A stretch of 34,447 bases of DNA from Dehalococcoidales bacterium. Lineage in GTDB: Bacteria > Chloroflexota > Dehalococcoidia > Dehalococcoidales > JAUYDJ01. The position numbers were made by a program, and so were the translations under genes. The notes beneath the pieces were generated by a model. That model saw only the letters and a program-made list of their open reading frames with translations. It was not told the origin of the DNA and did no database searches. Every line of letters begins with the position of its first letter. The stretch's first letter is position 1. Location of the stretch: NCBI GenBank assembly GCA_035528295.1, contig DATKYY010000042.1, positions 1-34,447 on the forward strand, given 5' to 3'. Positions 1-10,167 of the stretch are shown one piece after another.

Positions 1-2
1 TG

Positions 3-224
3 AAGGGTTCGTCTACAACAGGCGCTGACCTTAAACTGGTTGGCTACGTGTTCATGTTAATTGCAGCCTGGTATATCTGCGGAATAGCCAGCGAGCCCTT
101 CTTGAAAGCCCTTGAAGGACAGGCTCCAACCAGCCCGGTACATGTTATTATATTCTTGGTACTGGGATGGCTTTTTCTATTTCTGGGTCACTACAAATCA
201 CGCCACGGAGTTTCGGGCTCATAA
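3..224 (+). CDS. 3' end of a membrane protein gene (5' part lies outside the window)
   Basis: Frame 3 is open from the window edge to TAA at 222-224. The translation ...LVGYVFMLIAAWYICGIASEPF...VHVIIFLVLGWLFLFLGHYKSRHG reads as two hydrophobic helices. It is absent from the ORF track because it has no Met start inside the window. Confidence 0.4.
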   Translation, partial: KGSSTTGADLKLVGYVFMLIAAWYICGIASEPFLKALEGQAPTSPVHVIIFLVLGWLFLFLGHYKSRHGVSGS

Positions 225-263
225 CCCGTTGCTACCCGGGAAGTTAATAATTAAAGGAAGGCG

Positions 264-833
264 ATGTCGCTCATACCAGCTTTTGAAATTGGCGTATGGA
301 ATGCCTGGCTCTTTATGGGCATTTTTCTGCTGCAATGGCTGGCGGTAAGTCTGGCCGGCGAAAGGGTATCTCAAAGAACCGGGCATCCGGCTGATATGAA
401 GCGGAGCAAATCGGAGCGGCGAACCGGCATAGCCGCCATGATAACCTGGCTCATGGCGACTATCTACTCGGTTTTTCTGCCCTTGCAGCTGGGGACGGCG
501 TGGTTCTATATCGGACTCGGTGTTTTTCTGGCCGGGCTGATTATGCTTATCGTCGCCACCTTGAATTTTGCTACGGCACCACAGCATAAGCCGATTACTA
601 TCGGCTTCTATCGCTACTCACGGCACCCGATGTATCTGGCCATGTTCCTGATATATATCGGGACCAGCCTCGCCTCCGCCTCATGGCTGTTTTTCCTGCT
701 GGCCATGGTGACCGTTATCCTGGTGCAGCCGGAGGCAAGGCTTGAAGAAAGGTATTGCCTGAAGAGATATGGCAAAGCCTACCGTGAATATCTGAAAAAG
801 ACCCCGAGATGGGTGGGCATACTGAAATCTTAG
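264..833 (+). CDS. ICMT/PEMT-family membrane methyltransferase (isoprenylcysteine carboxyl methyltransferase-like)
   Basis: SD AAAGGAAGG lies just upstream of the ATG. It is a multi-TM protein with the family signature YRYSRHPMYLAMFLIYIGTSL near the C-terminus. Confidence 0.8.
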   Translation: MSLIPAFEIGVWNAWLFMGIFLLQWLAVSLAGERVSQRTGHPADMKRSKSERRTGIAAMITWLMATIYSVFLPLQLGTAWFYIGLGVFLAGLIMLIVATLNFATAPQHKPITIGFYRYSRHPMYLAMFLIYIGTSLASASWLFFLLAMVTVILVQPEARLEERYCLKRYGKAYREYLKKTPRWVGILKS

Positions 834-867
834 CGGTTTCGAATCCAGCCCCCGCCTTAAAACTGGA

Positions 868-896
868 TTGACAATTAATGGGGTAAAGGGTAGGCT
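868..896 (+). promoter_or_regulatory. Candidate sigma70-type promoter for the 927-1814 gene
   Basis: TTGACA (868-873), 17-nt spacer, TAGGCT (891-896). The -10 box is weak. Confidence 0.35.
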
Positions 897-926
897 TAGG
901 TCGTCGCCAAACGAGGGTAGTGACGT

Positions 927-1814
927 ATGGATTTTTTAACCCGTAACAGGCTGAAGGAAGTTCTATTTTTAACGCCGGTAAAGGCGCAAAGTGACCATCT
1001 GCCCCAAAATAAAATCAGATTATTGCATTGTGATGCTAAAGGCAATATAAATTCCACCGTTACTGAGGACTCGGTTTACCGGCTGGCTAGAAATTATATC
1101 CAGAAGCTAGAAAGTGACCATAAATACGGGGTCATTTTAGGGGTGGAGGTTATTTCCGGTAATTATGTGCCGTTTGCGGTTGAAATTAGCTCGGAGCAAG
1201 CCAGTGCTTTGGAAAGAATTTTCGAGCACGCTATTAAGAGGGGAATAGTGCCTTATGTCCTGAAAAAATATCCCAAAGACATCATTAAACTGGGTAAAGA
1301 CGAGCTTAAGGAGATAAGAAAACAGTACGAACAGTCAAGGTTAGAGACCACTGCCAAGGGAATGCCCGAGGTATTAAAAAGACTGGCCGATTATCCCGAA
1401 GAGGGCATTGCGGTGGCGGTGCCAATCTACAAGGCGCAGTATCATTATCCCCTGGTTATTCTCAAACGGCTTGCTTCAGGCGAACCAGCCCAAAAAGATA
1501 TGCAAAGGGTTTTGATATTGGACAATGAGGGGGACCTGGGCATTATCGGAGTACCCCGGGACATACTGGGAAAGACCGAAAGAAAATTAAGGGACTGGAA
1601 AAAGAAGAGTGGCCGGGCGGGGTGCATTCTTTATTCCCGAGATGCCGACAACCTCATTATGAGCTACATGGAAATCAGCGAATTCCAGCGAAAAGCATTA
1701 AATACCATAAAAAGACATTTTGAGGAGACCGGGCACGGCAAACGCCCCATTTCTACCGAGGTTCAGGGTGTTTTGACCAAAGCCAAAGGCCTCATATCCT
1801 CCGGGTATAAATAG
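927..1814 (+). CDS. Hypothetical soluble protein, 295 aa, no recognisable motif
   Basis: Long ORF with SD-like GAGGG 9 nt upstream of the ATG. It is charged and Lys/Glu-rich, with no TM segment or catalytic motif that I can name. Confidence 0.6.
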   Translation: MDFLTRNRLKEVLFLTPVKAQSDHLPQNKIRLLHCDAKGNINSTVTEDSVYRLARNYIQKLESDHKYGVILGVEVISGNYVPFAVEISSEQASALERIFEHAIKRGIVPYVLKKYPKDIIKLGKDELKEIRKQYEQSRLETTAKGMPEVLKRLADYPEEGIAVAVPIYKAQYHYPLVILKRLASGEPAQKDMQRVLILDNEGDLGIIGVPRDILGKTERKLRDWKKKSGRAGCILYSRDADNLIMSYMEISEFQRKALNTIKRHFEETGHGKRPISTEVQGVLTKAKGLISSGYK

Positions 1815-1825
1815 ACCGGCTCTCT

Positions 1826-3169
1826 TCACTTTTTACCGCTGGTGAATAGTTTGCTGCCGATAGGGGTTACTTTCGTTGATTCCGCCTTTGATTTCCTCAG
1901 GATATTGGCCGGTAAAGTGAGCTTAAAACCCAGCTTTGGTATCCCCGGGGAAAAGAGCCACTGATATAAATCGGCCAGTTTTGTTTTTTCGATGAATATT
2001 ATTAGCAGTGAAGTCATTACGATACTCGTTAGAACTACACCGTAGACCACATTCATTATCAATTCCCCCCCCAGAATCCCCTGTTGAAATGGGATTGAAG
2101 CCAGAACGGCGGCGGCCAGGCCTTTCGGCACCATGACGGCTATTATTGAGGCGTCTCTTACCGGTATTGATTTGCTGACCGTCAGTTTGACCACCGGCAG
2201 GCGCAGGATGAAAGCGAGCATGGTGAAAATTAAGGCTAGCTGAATCAACCATCCGCTTATCAATTCGAGAGATATGCCCAGGAAAACGAAGAAGAAGGTT
2301 TTCAGTAAAAAGGCGACCTCACTGAAGAAGGCCCTTTCTGCTTCGCTAAGACCGGCGGTCTCTTTGGTTTGAGGCTTTTTGAAGACATAGAACCGGATTG
2401 ATTCTAAATTGCCAATGGTAACTCCAAAAGCCAGTGCCGAAATGGGTCCGCTGAAATTAAGCAGTTCCACAACTCCAAAAATGATAAAGACAAAAGCCGC
2501 GGTGGTAAACATGGAGTTTTTAATGGCATGTATTCTATTAAGCAGCCTTGACCAGATAAACGCCCCGACGATGCCAAAAATAATGGCTACCAGAAACGAA
2601 GCAATCAGGTTACCGGTAACCGGGGCGACCTCGAATTTGCCCAGTCGGTAAGCTTCAATAAGGGCAATAGTGATGACAATACTGAGGACATCAGTCACCG
2701 ATGACTCTACCGATAACATCGTTTGGCTATCTTTTCGTATTCTAAGCTGGTGAGCAAGGGGAACAACTATGGCTTCGGAGATTGAGCCAACAATAGCCCC
2801 CAGGATAAAGGCGGGTATTAATTCCAGGTCGGTGAGCCACAGCGCCACCCCGGCGGTAGCCCCCATGGTGAGGAAGAAAGTAGCCATGGTTAGGAGCATG
2901 GCGCCACCCATGGTGGAGATAAGAGAGCCAATTTCGAGGGCAGTGCCATTTTCGAATAAGAGGATGATCAGGGTGAGCGTGGCCAGAATCATGCCGGCGG
3001 TTCCGAAGTCTTCGGTTGACACCAGACCCAAAACGGGGCCGACGCAGATACCAATGATAATCAGTAAAAGAACGTCAGGGACTCTGGTGCGGCGGAATAT
3101 AGCCGTAAAAAGATGGGCCAGAAAAACCAGGATGCCGACGAAGGCTATTACCGGAGCTATATCTTGCAT
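1826..3169 (-). CDS. Cation:proton antiporter (Na+/H+ exchanger, CPA1-like)
   Basis: 447-aa polytopic membrane protein with about 11-12 hydrophobic helices. Its overall layout and glycine-rich helices are typical of the Na_H_Exchanger family, followed by a short hydrophilic C-terminal tail. Confidence 0.8.
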   Translation of the reverse strand: MQDIAPVIAFVGILVFLAHLFTAIFRRTRVPDVLLLIIIGICVGPVLGLVSTEDFGTAGMILATLTLIILLFENGTALEIGSLISTMGGAMLLTMATFFLTMGATAGVALWLTDLELIPAFILGAIVGSISEAIVVPLAHQLRIRKDSQTMLSVESSVTDVLSIVITIALIEAYRLGKFEVAPVTGNLIASFLVAIIFGIVGAFIWSRLLNRIHAIKNSMFTTAAFVFIIFGVVELLNFSGPISALAFGVTIGNLESIRFYVFKKPQTKETAGLSEAERAFFSEVAFLLKTFFFVFLGISLELISGWLIQLALIFTMLAFILRLPVVKLTVSKSIPVRDASIIAVMVPKGLAAAVLASIPFQQGILGGELIMNVVYGVVLTSIVMTSLLIIFIEKTKLADLYQWLFSPGIPKLGFKLTLPANILRKSKAESTKVTPIGSKLFTSGKK

Positions 3170-3279
3170 ATATATGCCTTTTATCTAAAGCAAGATGGGT
3201 AATAGCATCATTGCCCAATTCAACTGTCGCTGTCAAGCCCGCATTCTCTCCGTTTTCGGACTGTAATTACCGGTGTCGC

Positions 3280-3308
3280 TTGACAAAGGCGGCTCGTCCT
3301 TTTATAAT
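3280..3308 (+). promoter_or_regulatory. Consensus sigma70 promoter of the trp operon
   Basis: TTGACA (3280-3285), exactly 17 nt, TATAAT (3303-3308). Confidence 0.7.
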
Positions 3309-3314
3309 CTAGGA

Positions 3315-3604
3315 CAATTGAATAGTGCTAAAGGCTGCGAACGAGAGTAGTAGCTCTTAAGCGAGGCTCAGAGAGCCGGGTGAGGTGTGAGCCGGTGCCA
3401 GCGCCAGGAGTGAATGGGCTCGGGAGCTTCAAGCCGAAAGGGTTCGCCCGATTAGGTGTTGACGGAGCGGGCACCGTTATCAGAGCCCAGGGTATCGCTT
3501 TAAGATAAGGCCGTACCTGAAAGAGATGGTTGCTAAACTAGCGATTAATTAGGGTGGCACCGCGAAGGATTAACCTCTCGCCCCTATGGCGAGAGGTTTT
3601 TTTA
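3315..3604 (+). promoter_or_regulatory. T-box riboswitch leader, tRNA-Trp specific
   Basis: Stem I elements are present: GAGAGUAGUAG (GA/K-turn region), the AGAGAG box (3370-3376) and a GGUGAGG distal loop. The specifier-loop context GAAUGGG gives a UGG codon at 3415-3417. The conserved T-box sequence AATTAGGGTGGCACCGCG lies at 3547-3564. Its UGGC bulge would pair with a GCCA-3' tRNA end, which matches the G73 discriminator typical of tRNA-Trp. A terminator hairpin follows. Confidence 0.88.
3574..3603 (+). terminator. Intrinsic terminator of the T-box leader
   Basis: CCTCTCGCC (3574-3582), CCTAT loop, GGCGAGAGG (3588-3596), then T7 (3597-3603). The 5' arm overlaps the region needed for the T-box antiterminator. 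Confidence 0.85.
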
Positions 3605-3626
3605 TTGCCTTATTGGTGGAGGTTAG

Positions 3627-5099
3627 ATGTATTACCCGACATTGGCTGAGGTTAAGAAACATAAGCAGGACGGTAACCGGGTCCCCATTTACCGCGAAAT
3701 CGTGGCTGACCTGGAGACACCGGTGTCGGCTTTCCTGAAGGTGAATCGTGGTGGCTATTCCTTCCTGCTGGAGAGTGTTGAGGGCGGCCAGCGGCTGGCC
3801 CGCTACAGCTTCATCGGCACCGAGCCGTACAAGGTAATAGTTACCAGGGGTGAGGATAGGGCTGACCCTCTCCCCCTCATTGCTGATGAGTTAAACAAAT
3901 ATAAAATAGTGCCGGTCAGCGGTCTGCCCCGCTTCTGCGGTGGTGCCGTCGGTTATCTTGCCTATGAGACGGTAAGTCGCTTTGAGGAGCTACCCTCTCC
4001 GGACAGCGACCCTCTGGGCTTGCCGGAATCGCTGTTTATGTTTGTCGATACCATGCTCGTCTTTGACCATGTTACTCATAAAATTAAGGTCTTGAGCCAT
4101 GTTTATCTCGATGGGGATATAGAGAAAGCCTATCAGGAGGCCGTAGCCAGGATTGACAGTCTGGTGGAGAGGCTGAAACAACCGCTGGAGACCAGTCAAC
4201 ACCCCGGACCGGCGGCTCATCCCGGGAGCAACGGCCGGCTTGCCTCCAACTTTACCCGGCAGGACTTTGAAGCCAGCGTGCTTAAGGTAAAGCGTTACAT
4301 CACCGCCGGCGAGGCTATTCAGGTGGTGCTTTCCCAGCGCCTGGCCCGACCTACTGAGGTGGCCCCTTTTGAGATATATCGGGCGCTGCGCACCATAAAC
4401 CCTTCCCCGTATATGTTCTTTCTCGATTTTATCGATTTTCATATCATTGGTGCTTCCCCGGAGATTCTGGTCAGGGTGGAGGATGGCATGGTGATGACCC
4501 GTCCCCTGGCCGGGACCAGACCGAGGGGGAAAAACCCGGATGAAGACCTGATGCTGGAGAAAGAGCTCCGCGGCGATGAGAAGGAGTGTGCCGAGCATAT
4601 CATGCTGGTGGATTTGGGGCGTAATGACATCGGGCGGGTAAGCGAGCCGGGCACGGTTAAGGTCAGTGACCTGATGGAAGTGGAGCGTTACTCCCATGTT
4701 ATGCACCTGGTTACTCATGTGCAGGGCAAGCTGCGGCGTGATATGACCGCCTTCGATGCCCTGCGGGCCTGCTTTCCGGCCGGCACCGTATCCGGCGCCC
4801 CCAAGATCCGGGCGATGGAGATAATCGCTGAATTTGAGCCGGAGCAAAGGGGCCCCTACGCCGGGGCGGTGGGCTACTTCTCTTTCTCGGGCAATATGGA
4901 CATGGCGATTGCGATCAGAACCATGGTGATGAGTAAGGGCATTGCCTATATACAGGCGGGTGGGGGGATTGTTTATGACAGTGTGCCTGAGCGTGAGTAT
5001 GAGGAAACCATGAATAAAGCACGGGCACTGCTTAAGGCGGTTGACCAGGCGGAGAGCACCAACCTGGCCACCGGGGAGAGTCATGCTGCTACTGATTGA
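3627..5099 (+). CDS. trpE: Anthranilate synthase component I
   Basis: SD GGTGGAGG upstream of the ATG. Chorismate-binding family motifs are present (LESVEGG, SPYMFF, GTRPRG, GAPKIRAMEII, RGPYAGAVGY). Confidence 0.95.
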   Translation: MYYPTLAEVKKHKQDGNRVPIYREIVADLETPVSAFLKVNRGGYSFLLESVEGGQRLARYSFIGTEPYKVIVTRGEDRADPLPLIADELNKYKIVPVSGLPRFCGGAVGYLAYETVSRFEELPSPDSDPLGLPESLFMFVDTMLVFDHVTHKIKVLSHVYLDGDIEKAYQEAVARIDSLVERLKQPLETSQHPGPAAHPGSNGRLASNFTRQDFEASVLKVKRYITAGEAIQVVLSQRLARPTEVAPFEIYRALRTINPSPYMFFLDFIDFHIIGASPEILVRVEDGMVMTRPLAGTRPRGKNPDEDLMLEKELRGDEKECAEHIMLVDLGRNDIGRVSEPGTVKVSDLMEVERYSHVMHLVTHVQGKLRRDMTAFDALRACFPAGTVSGAPKIRAMEIIAEFEPEQRGPYAGAVGYFSFSGNMDMAIAIRTMVMSKGIAYIQAGGGIVYDSVPEREYEETMNKARALLKAVDQAESTNLATGESHAATD

Positions 5100-5655
5100 T
5101 AACTATGATAGCTTCACCTACAACCTCTTCCAGTACCTGAGCGAGTTAGGCGAAGAGGTGGTGGTGAGGCGCAATGATAAGACAACTCTCAAGGAGATCG
5201 AGGGGCTGAAGCCGGAGCGCATCGTCATCTCGCCGGGGCCGTCGGTTCCACAGCGGGCGGGCATCTCCAACGATGTCATCCGCCATTTCGGTGCCCGGCT
5301 GCCGATACTCGGTGTCTGCCTGGGGCATCAATGCATCGGTTACAGCTACGGCGGCTTAATCGGGCAGGCCGGAGAGATTAGGCACGGCAAGTCCTCGCTA
5401 ATCTATCACCACGGTCAGGGGGTAATGGCCGGTCTCCCCGAGCCTTTCTCCGCAATCCGCTACCACTCGCTGGTAGTGCAGCGCGAGGGGCTTCCGGACT
5501 GCCTTGAAGTAACCGCCTGGACCGCTGACGGTGAAATTATGGGCTTGCGGCACCGCCAATACCCGGTGGAGGGTGTCCAGTTTCACCCCGAATCGTTTAT
5601 GACCGAGACCGGTAAGGATATATTGCAAAACTTCTTACTGGGAAGGAGGGAATAA
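5083..5655 (+). CDS. trpG: Anthranilate synthase component II (glutamine amidotransferase)
   Basis: I take the start as ATG 5083 (MLLLIDNYDSFTYNL, SD GGGGAGAG upstream) rather than the TTG at 5041 in the track. It has the class-I GATase triad context (GVCLGHQ, HPES) and overlaps the trpE end by 17 nt. Confidence 0.92.
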   Translation: MLLLIDNYDSFTYNLFQYLSELGEEVVVRRNDKTTLKEIEGLKPERIVISPGPSVPQRAGISNDVIRHFGARLPILGVCLGHQCIGYSYGGLIGQAGEIRHGKSSLIYHHGQGVMAGLPEPFSAIRYHSLVVQREGLPDCLEVTAWTADGEIMGLRHRQYPVEGVQFHPESFMTETGKDILQNFLLGRRE

Positions 5656-5658
5656 GGC

Positions 5659-6684
5659 ATGATTAAAGAAGCGATTAGCTCTCTGGTTTCAGGGCGTTCC
5701 CTGACTATGGACGAAGCCGCTATGGTGATGGAAGAGATAATGCAGGGGGAGGCTACTCAGGCTCAATTTGGTGCCTTTGTCACCGCCCTCAGGCTCAAGG
5801 GGGAAACGGTTGACGAAATCGTTGGCCTGGCTAAGACGATGAGGTCTAAGGTAGTGCCCGTGGTTACCGCTGGAGCGGTGGTGGATACCTGCGGCACCGG
5901 TGGTGACGGTTCGTGTACTTTTAACATCTCGACGACGGCTGCCTTTGTTGCCGCCGGCGCCGGGCTTAAAGTGGCCAAGCATGGCAACCGGGCGATGAGC
6001 AGCCAGTGCGGCAGTGCCGATGTGCTGGAGGCACTGGGCGTCAAGATTGACCTTAATGCGGGGCAGGTGCAGCGATGTCTGGAAGAGGTGGGGATGGGGT
6101 TCATGTTCGCCCCGATATTTCATCCGGCGATGAAATATGCGGTGGCGCCCCGGCGCGAGATAGGCATCCGCACCGTGTTCAATATCCTCGGCCCGCTGAC
6201 CAATCCGGCCGGCGCTCAAGCCCAGGTGCTGGGGGTGGCTGATGGGTTGCTCGCCGAGAAGATGGCCCTGGTGCTTCATGGTCTGGGCTGTAAGCATGCC
6301 CTGGTGGTTCATGGTGACGACGGCCTGGATGAAGTTACCGTTACCGGTAAAACAGAGGTCTACGAGGTAAAAGACAATTATATCAAGAGCTACTTCATCA
6401 GCCCGGAGGACTTCGGGTTACCCCGGGCTGAACTGGACTGCTTGCGGGGTGGCACCGCTGCCGAAAATGCCGCCTGTCTGCGTAATATCCTGGGCGGTGC
6501 TACCGGCCCCCAGCGGGATGTGGTGCTGCTGAATGCGGCGGCGGCACTGATGGTGGGCGGCGGGGTGGACACCCTCCAGCAGGGGATAGCCCGGGCGGGA
6601 GAGATAATAGACAGTGGCCAGGCTACGGCCAAGCTGGAACAACTGGTCAGGTTCAGCCAGAGCCTGGTTCAGGAGGGGGAGTGA
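5659..6684 (+). CDS. trpD: Anthranilate phosphoribosyltransferase
   Basis: SD GGAAGGAGGG upstream. Motifs DTCGTGGDG, KHGNRA and NILGPLTNPA are present. Confidence 0.95.
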   Translation: MIKEAISSLVSGRSLTMDEAAMVMEEIMQGEATQAQFGAFVTALRLKGETVDEIVGLAKTMRSKVVPVVTAGAVVDTCGTGGDGSCTFNISTTAAFVAAGAGLKVAKHGNRAMSSQCGSADVLEALGVKIDLNAGQVQRCLEEVGMGFMFAPIFHPAMKYAVAPRREIGIRTVFNILGPLTNPAGAQAQVLGVADGLLAEKMALVLHGLGCKHALVVHGDDGLDEVTVTGKTEVYEVKDNYIKSYFISPEDFGLPRAELDCLRGGTAAENAACLRNILGGATGPQRDVVLLNAAAALMVGGGVDTLQQGIARAGEIIDSGQATAKLEQLVRFSQSLVQEGE

Positions 6685-7457
6685 TTTTAGACCGGATTGT
6701 CGCCGATAGCCAGCATGACCTGGAAAAGAGAAAACGCAGCTTGCCTCTGGCGGAGCTGAAAAAGATGGCGCTGGCACAACCGCCGCCGCTGGATTTAGCT
6801 TCGGCGCTGCGTGGCGATGGCATCAGGCTTATTGCCGAGGTCAAAAAGGCATCGCCCTCCCGGGGCGTTATTCGTGCCGATTTTGACCCGGTGGCGATAG
6901 CCCGGATTTATGCGGCTAACGGGGCAGCGGCAATATCAGTGCTGACTGAGAGCAAATACTTTCAGGGTAGCCTCAGTCACTTAAAAGACATTAGTGACGG
7001 GCTGGCAAATAAGGGGCTGCCCCTGCTCCGCAAGGATTTTATCTTTGACCCCTATCAGGTCTATCAGTCCCGAGCCTGTGGCGCCGACAGCCTGCTTCTC
7101 ATTGTGGCTATTCTGACGCCGGAAAAGCTCGGCGAGCTGCTGGAACTGAGCCATGAATTGAAGATGAGCTGTCTGGTAGAGGTGCATAATGAAGCCGAGC
7201 TTGAAACTGCCCTGAAAAGCGAAGCTAAGATTATCGGCATCAACAACCGGGACTTAAAGACTTTGGCTGTGGACCTGACGGTTACCCGGCGTCTCCGCCC
7301 CCTTATCCCCCGGGATAGAATCGTGGTCAGCGAAAGCGGCCTGAAGAGCCGTAGTGATATCGAAAAGATGAAAGGGTGGGGGGTGGATGCGGTCCTGGTT
7401 GGCGGGTCCTTAATGTCGGCAGCGGACATCGCCGCCAGGATGCGGGAGCTGCTATGA
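6681..7457 (+). CDS. trpC: Indole-3-glycerol phosphate synthase
   Basis: GTG start overlaps the trpD stop (GTGA). Motifs [27 protein letters not shown] and ESG are present. Confidence 0.93.
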   Translation: MILDRIVADSQHDLEKRKRSLPLAELKKMALAQPPPLDLASALRGDGIRLIAEVKKASPSRGVIRADFDPVAIARIYAANGAAAISVLTESKYFQGSLSHLKDISDGLANKGLPLLRKDFIFDPYQVYQSRACGADSLLLIVAILTPEKLGELLELSHELKMSCLVEVHNEAELETALKSEAKIIGINNRDLKTLAVDLTVTRRLRPLIPRDRIVVSESGLKSRSDIEKMKGWGVDAVLVGGSLMSAADIAARMRELL

Positions 7458-8113
7458 CCAGAATTAAAATCTGTGGCCTGACCGAGGTAGAGACGGCTCT
7501 GGCGGCGGCCCGAGCCGGTGTTGATTTTCTGGGGCTGGTCTTCGCCCCCAGCCGGCGTCGGGTCTCTCCGGAAGAGGCATTGCCGGTAGTGGCGGCGGTT
7601 CATGAGCTAAAACCTCGCCCTATACTGGTGGGCGTTTTTGTCAACGCCCCGGCTCAGGAGGTTAATTCTATTGCCGACTCTTGCCGGCTGGACCGGGTGC
7701 AGCTCAGCGGCGATGAAACCTGGTGCTACTGCCGCAAAATTAAGCGCCCGATTATTAAAGTAGTCCACGTGCCCGCCGGCAAGAGGGCGGAATCAGTGAT
7801 ATATAAGATAGACATGGGCTACCGTCTATGCCCGGAAGGTGAGCTTATCTGCCTGCTTGATTCGCCGGTCAAAAATGCTTATGGTGGAACTGGCGAAGTC
7901 TTTGACTGGCAACTGGCTAAAGAGGTATCGGCCCGGTTTCCGGTGATTATCGCCGGGGGGCTTACCCCGGATAATGTCGGTCAGCTGGTCAGTGTCGCCA
8001 GACCGTGGGGGGTTGATGTCTCCAGCGGTGTCGAGACTAACGGTCAAAAAGACGCTTTAAAAATCAGTGCCTTTGTGGAGATGGTAAAAAGAGCCGGTAA
8101 GGAGGCGGGATGA
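7454..8113 (+). CDS. trpF: Phosphoribosylanthranilate isomerase
   Basis: I take the start as ATG 7454 ([10 protein letters not shown]), forming an ATGA overlap with the trpC stop. The track ORF from 7376 carries an implausible N-terminal extension. Motifs GLVF, QLSGDE and GVDVSSGVE are present. Confidence 0.9.
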   Translation: MTRIKICGLTEVETALAAARAGVDFLGLVFAPSRRRVSPEEALPVVAAVHELKPRPILVGVFVNAPAQEVNSIADSCRLDRVQLSGDETWCYCRKIKRPIIKVVHVPAGKRAESVIYKIDMGYRLCPEGELICLLDSPVKNAYGGTGEVFDWQLAKEVSARFPVIIAGGLTPDNVGQLVSVARPWGVDVSSGVETNGQKDALKISAFVEMVKRAGKEAG

Positions 8114-9324
8114 CCTTCAATAAAAAAGAGGCAGCTTTGCTGCCCGATAATAGGGGATACTTTGGCGACTACGGGGGGCGGTTTGTCCCGGAGACGCTGG
8201 TGCCGGCACTGGACGAGCTGGCGGCAGCCTATAAAGAGGCGAAGGCTAGCTCTGCCTTCTGGGACGAGTTCAACTCGCTCTCCCGCAGTTACTCGGGGAG
8301 ACCAACCCCGCTCTACCTGGCGGAAAGATTAAGCGAGCAAGGCGGGGGTGCCCGCATTTTCCTCAAAAGAGAAGATTTGGCCCATACCGGTGCCCACAAG
8401 ATTAACAATGCTCTGGGGCAGGGGCTTCTGGCCAGGAGAATGGGCAAGAAGCGGATTATCGCCGAGACCGGAGCCGGTCAGCATGGGGTGGCTACAGCGG
8501 CGGTATGTGCCATGTTCGGGCTGGAGTGCATTGTCTATATGGGTGAGGAGGATATGCGCCGTCAGGCGCTTAATGTCTTCCGGATGAGGCTGATGGGCAC
8601 CGAGGTCAGGCCGGTTGCCAGCGGCAGCCGCACACTGAAGGATGCCATTAACGAGGCAATAAGGGACTGGGTGAGTAATGTCGGCGATACCCACTATCTG
8701 CTCGGCTCGGTGGTCGGCCCTCATCCCTATCCCGAGATGGTGCGCGACTTTCAATCAATAATCGGCCGGGAAGCCAGGCAGCAGGTACTGGACAGTGCCG
8801 GGCGCCTGCCCGACTATATCGTTGCCTGTGTCGGCGGGGGCAGCAATGCCATCGGTATTTTCTATTCCTTCTTAAATGATAAGGAAGTCAAGCTTATCGG
8901 GGTGGAGGCAGCCGGGAGGGGGCTTGAGACCGGCGAGCATGCCGCTTCACTGGGAGCGGGCAGGGTAGGCGTGCTCCACGGGACAAAGTCCTATGTGCTT
9001 CAGGACAAGGATGGCCAGATTCGGGAGACGCACAGCGTCTCGGCGGGGCTGGACTACCCCGGCGTCGGCCCGGAGCACAGCTACCTCAAGGATACCGGGC
9101 GTGCCACCTATGTTGCCGTGAACGATAGCGAAGCCCTGGAGGGCTTTCAGCTGCTGTGCCAGACCGAGGGCATTACCCCCGCCCTGGAACCGGCCCACGC
9201 TATATTCTATGCCGCCAGGATGGCCGCTTCTTTAGATAAAAAGCAAATCATTATTGTCAATTTATCCGGGCGCGGTGACAAGGACATTGATATTGTGGCC
9301 GAAGCACTGGGGGTGAAGCGGTGA
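8110..9324 (+). CDS. trpB: Tryptophan synthase beta chain
   Basis: ATGA overlap with trpF. PLP-lysine context HTGAHKINN, plus GAGQHG and GGGSNAIG. Confidence 0.97.
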   Translation: MTFNKKEAALLPDNRGYFGDYGGRFVPETLVPALDELAAAYKEAKASSAFWDEFNSLSRSYSGRPTPLYLAERLSEQGGGARIFLKREDLAHTGAHKINNALGQGLLARRMGKKRIIAETGAGQHGVATAAVCAMFGLECIVYMGEEDMRRQALNVFRMRLMGTEVRPVASGSRTLKDAINEAIRDWVSNVGDTHYLLGSVVGPHPYPEMVRDFQSIIGREARQQVLDSAGRLPDYIVACVGGGSNAIGIFYSFLNDKEVKLIGVEAAGRGLETGEHAASLGAGRVGVLHGTKSYVLQDKDGQIRETHSVSAGLDYPGVGPEHSYLKDTGRATYVAVNDSEALEGFQLLCQTEGITPALEPAHAIFYAARMAASLDKKQIIIVNLSGRGDKDIDIVAEALGVKR

Positions 9325-10109
9325 GCCGTATTTCAGCCGTTTTCAGCCAGCCGGGGCATAAGGCGCTTATCCCTTATATTACCGTGGGTTACCCCAGCCT
9401 GGAAGCTACTTTAGAGGTAGTCCCTCTGCTTGCCGCTGGCGGTTGCGACATCGTGGAGCTGGGGATACCCTTCTCCGACCCACTGGCTGATGGGACGACG
9501 ATACAAAAGGCGAGCTTTCAGGCTTTGCAGAACGGGATTACTCTCCAGCACTGTTTTGAGGTAGCCGGGCAGCTCAGCCAGAAGGTTAAAACGCCCCTGG
9601 TGTTCATGACCTATTTTAACCCGGTGCTCAGTTACGGGCTGGACAAATTTTGCCGTGACTGTGCTCGCTCTGGAGTGAGCGGTTTAATCATCCCTGACCT
9701 GCCCCCGGAGGAGGGTGATGAGATAGAGGCTATGGCTCGAAAACAGGGTCTTGATGTTGTTTATCTCCTGGCGCCGACCAGTACTGAAGCACGCATCAAG
9801 CTGGTAGCCGGGAGGGCGGGGGGGTTTATCTATCTGGTCTCGGTGACCGGGGTGACCGGGGCAAGAGACAGATTGCCCCAGAACCTGTCCGCGTTTGTCG
9901 CCAGGGTCAGAAAGATAGCCCGCCAGCCGCTCTGCGTTGGCTTTGGCATATCTACCCCGGAACAGGCAAAAGAAGTAGCCCGAATCGCTGATGGGGTGAT
10001 TGTGGGCAGCCGGCTGATTCAGCTGATGGAAGCCGACCGGTCGCTGGCAGAGGTAGCCGGGTTTACCCGGGAACTGAGGCGTGCCCTTGACCAGCCAGAT
10101 AGAGCCTAG
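9321..10109 (+). CDS. trpA: Tryptophan synthase alpha chain
   Basis: GTGA overlap with trpB. Motifs [19 protein letters not shown] and VGFGIS are present. Confidence 0.95.
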   Translation: MSRISAVFSQPGHKALIPYITVGYPSLEATLEVVPLLAAGGCDIVELGIPFSDPLADGTTIQKASFQALQNGITLQHCFEVAGQLSQKVKTPLVFMTYFNPVLSYGLDKFCRDCARSGVSGLIIPDLPPEEGDEIEAMARKQGLDVVYLLAPTSTEARIKLVAGRAGGFIYLVSVTGVTGARDRLPQNLSAFVARVRKIARQPLCVGFGISTPEQAKEVARIADGVIVGSRLIQLMEADRSLAEVAGFTRELRRALDQPDRA

Positions 10110-10144
10110 ATTTACCTGGTCTTGGTTGGTCACTATAAAATTCA

Positions 10145-10167
10145 GAAGTTAATTCGTTATTAACTTC
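10145..10167. terminator. AT-rich 9-bp hairpin between convergent trpA and the minus-strand mini-operon
   Basis: GAAGTTAAT-TCGTT-ATTAACTTC. On the minus strand it is followed by UGAAUUUUAU. It includes the stop codon of the 36-aa ORF. It is weak as a terminator. Confidence 0.35.

Noticed and set aside
112-348. 78-aa ORF spanning the first intergenic region
   Set aside because: It overlaps both the frame-3 membrane-protein tail (3-224) and the well-supported ICMT-like start at 264. It has no SD.
834-869. GGTTTCGAATCC, resembling a tRNA T-arm (a possible tRNA fragment or att site)
   Set aside because: It has an extra T relative to the GGTTCGAATCC consensus. The flanks do not form a T-stem or an acceptor stem. 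The local 7-bp hairpin AATCCAG/CTGGATT explains the sequence.
3990-5084. 364-aa ORF antisense to trpE. Similar long antisense ORFs lie inside trpD, trpC/F, trpB and trpA (5689-6312, 6418-6777, 7064-7603, 8329-8754, 9684-10133).
   Set aside because: These are shadow ORFs opposite confidently identified GC-rich genes. Their Arg/Pro/Gly-rich translations are low in complexity and have no SD or motifs.
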